Shown: positions 63,501-64,000 of the stretch, one piece after another
How positions within the stretch are numbered: position 1 is the first letter of the stretch
Layout of the letters: each line of letters starts with the position of its first letter
DNA from: Octopus vulgaris
Taxonomy: Eukaryota
DNA: 64,000 nt
NCBI GenBank assembly: GCA_951406725.2
Contig: OX597823.1
Coordinates: forward strand, 5,146,001-5,210,000
Direction: 5' to 3'
Translations under genes and position numbers: made by a program
The notes under the pieces: generated by a model
What the model saw: the letters and a program-made list of their open reading frames with translations, nothing else
What the model was told of the DNA's origin: nothing
Database searches by the model: none

Positions 63501-63731
63501 ATTTTGTAATAATACTGTTTCATTTATGAATTGTTGGGTTTCAGAAAAATCTCCAAGAAAATTCGTAAACAGATGTTGCGACAAGAGAAAATGTTGGCCT
63601 GGTTCAGTAAAAGTGAACTGCAAAAGAATGGCATCCGTAGCCCGTCTGTAAACTTCCAGATGTTCTCTGGAGCTGATCTTGTTGAGCTTTGTGAACGACC
63701 AGAATTCAAATCTCCTTGCAAACCACGACAA
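36512..63731 (+). CDS. Sulf1: Extracellular sulfatase (heparan-sulfate 6-O-endosulfatase, Sulf1/Sulf2 family), spliced, 3'-incomplete; join(36512..36731,40074..40313,41405..41630,43730..43825,49207..49357,51757..51932,53294..53413,58312..58377,63545..63731)
   Basis: All nine exons have AG/GT boundaries with compatible phases and join into one 494-codon ORF. Motifs: [113 protein letters not shown]. Confidence 0.95.
40074..40313 (+). CDS. Sulf1: Sulf coding exon 2 (catalytic CCPSR, formylglycine site)
   Basis: SLDYMPKT...[32 protein letters not shown]...GYRT; cag acceptor, gtaagt donor; 240 nt. Confidence 0.96.
40717..41073 (+). mobile_element. Family B MITE with a second family B copy starting at its internal TTAA
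   Basis: The first copy is interrupted at aatcactttaa (40876); a complete second copy runs 40877-41073. Confidence 0.75.
41405..41630 (+). CDS. Sulf1: Sulf coding exon 3
   Basis: [33 protein letters not shown]...[16 protein letters not shown]; tttcag acceptor, gtacgt donor; 226 nt. Confidence 0.95.
42225..43170 (+). mobile_element. Degenerate retroelement ORF1/gag-like fragment with CCHC zinc knuckle
   Basis: [14 protein letters not shown] (C-x2-C-x4-H-x4-C) at 42314-42355, followed after a frameshift by a long E/K/R-rich tract; purine-rich. Confidence 0.65.
43730..43825 (+). CDS. Sulf1: Sulf coding exon 4
   Basis: [31 protein letters not shown]; ctttag acceptor, gtatac donor; 96 nt. Confidence 0.93.
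44050..44977 (-). mobile_element. LINE apurinic-endonuclease domain remnant (CR1/Jockey-like)
   Basis: [37 protein letters not shown]; further on, in another frame, NIQDLCF and SDHNMI. Confidence 0.85.
44978..45357. mobile_element. Unclassified ~380-bp MITE with ~73-bp terminal inverted repeats
   Basis: 44978-45050 (aggagaaattggatgcatgaaaaatttatttgtatgttaaaaaatgttgaaaaa...) is the near reverse complement of 45284-45357. Confidence 0.75.
46447..47310 (+). mobile_element. Two tandem SINEs with the same tRNA head but a different 3' tail
   Basis: Copies at ~46447-46840 and ~46938-47310; tail ggctgtgcctcaacatggccacagt...actaaaacaagt. Related copies at 14410-14630 (-), 54440-54815 and 57605-57845 (-). 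Confidence 0.75.
48863..49060 (-). mobile_element. TTAA MITE family A
   Basis: Reverse complement of 22238-22452; TTAA on both sides. Confidence 0.8.
49207..49357 (+). CDS. Sulf1: Sulf coding exon 5
   Basis: [50 protein letters not shown]; ttaaag acceptor, gtgaaa donor; 151 nt. Confidence 0.93.
50303..51248 (+). mobile_element. Older, frameshifted RTE LINE 3' fragment with (GAT)n tail
   Basis: Homologous to 60275-60740 ([34 protein letters not shown]); same terminal block and GAT tail. Confidence 0.9.
51757..51932 (+). CDS. Sulf1: Sulf coding exon 6
   Basis: [54 protein letters not shown]; ttttag acceptor, gtaagt donor; 176 nt. Confidence 0.96.
52340..52850 (-). mobile_element. Decayed piggyBac (PGBD4-like) transposase C-terminal region
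   Basis: Piecing frames gives [40 protein letters not shown] and a terminal Cys-rich motif HLCVVC...[18 protein letters not shown]; many stops and frameshifts. Confidence 0.6.
53294..53413 (+). CDS. Sulf1: Sulf coding exon 7
   Basis: [39 protein letters not shown]; tttcag acceptor, gtgagt donor; 120 nt. Confidence 0.94.
54995..55442 (-). mobile_element. Nested family B MITEs
   Basis: Inner copy 55058-55282 is flanked by TTAA; the outer copy resumes at 55287 with aaattaaaaccttccatcaa. Confidence 0.75.
56555..57600 (+). mobile_element. Head-to-tail cluster of about four Meta-like SINEs (contains the MITE at 56964-57184)
   Basis: Same unit as 28990-29797, repeated in the same orientation. Confidence 0.8.
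56964..57184 (-). mobile_element. TTAA MITE family B
   Basis: TTAA|CCCTTTCATTACC...GTGACAAAAGGG|TTAA, inserted between two SINE copies. Confidence 0.85.
58312..58377 (+). CDS. Sulf1: Sulf coding exon 8
   Basis: [21 protein letters not shown]; polypyrimidine tract plus ctgcag acceptor, gtaagt donor; 66 nt. Confidence 0.9.
59559..61374 (+). mobile_element. 5'-truncated RTE-clade LINE: RT C-terminal part (ORF 59559..60740), 3' UTR and (GAT)n tail
   Basis: 393-aa open frame with [54 protein letters not shown]; ends in GATGATGAT; lies in the Sulf intron between exons 8 and 9. Confidence 0.92.
61505..61725 (+). mobile_element. TTAA MITE family B
   Basis: ccttcttgttaccatatttc...gtatcaaaagg, flanked by TTAA. 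Other copies at about 13930-14125, 23660-23858, 39770-39971 and 62740-62916. Confidence 0.8.
63545..63731 (+). CDS. Sulf1: Sulf coding exon 9 (start of basic hydrophilic domain)
   Basis: [15 protein letters not shown]...[16 protein letters not shown], with Cys spacing like the Sulf hydrophilic-domain start; tttcag acceptor, gtaagt donor; phase continues ERG|K. Confidence 0.85.
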
Positions 63732-64000
63732 GTAAGTTACTCTTGTTTCAGTCATAAAACATTAATGAAATAGATTTCATGCTTGAAATTAATGCAATGT
63801 GAAATGTTATGAAATATTAGGAAATATATAATGATGAAATAAAGGATGGCTTATCCGAATAGTTACGGTTATGATGTCAAACCTCATATTTCAGGCAGTG
63901 AAAAATAGGTACCATTCTAGCATGAGGTTTGAATGGTCAGTGCTAAGAGAGTTGTTTTATGAAGAAAGTGTCATTGCTCCATGACATCTGCAACATAACT

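Overview
AT-rich, microsatellite-rich animal genomic DNA. The repeat content resembles coleoid cephalopod (Octopus-like) DNA; this is an inference, not a database result. The one recognisable host gene is a + strand extracellular heparan-sulfate 6-O-endosulfatase (Sulf1/Sulf2 family). Nine coding exons between 36512 and 63731 splice GT-AG, in frame, into 1482 nt (494 codons): signal peptide, CCPSR catalytic motif, sulfatase domain and the start of the hydrophilic domain. The gene runs off the right edge and its 5' UTR begins further upstream. Most of the rest is mobile-element debris: RTE-clade LINEs and SINEs that share their 3' tails, several tRNA-derived SINE families, two non-autonomous Helitrons, a DD37D (maT) element, a mariner fragment, and remnants of an APE-type LINE, an RLE-type LINE and a gag-knuckle element. 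There is also a decayed piggyBac transposase and two families of TTAA-flanked MITEs. The most notable unexplained structures are recurrent nesting of MITEs at one internal TTAA, a repeated MITE-spacer-MITE composite unit, long fold-back palindromes (one beside a hammerhead-like remnant) and a cluster of six TGAGTCA motifs. No prokaryotic, CRISPR or rRNA features were seen. Repeat boundaries were read by eye and are approximate.
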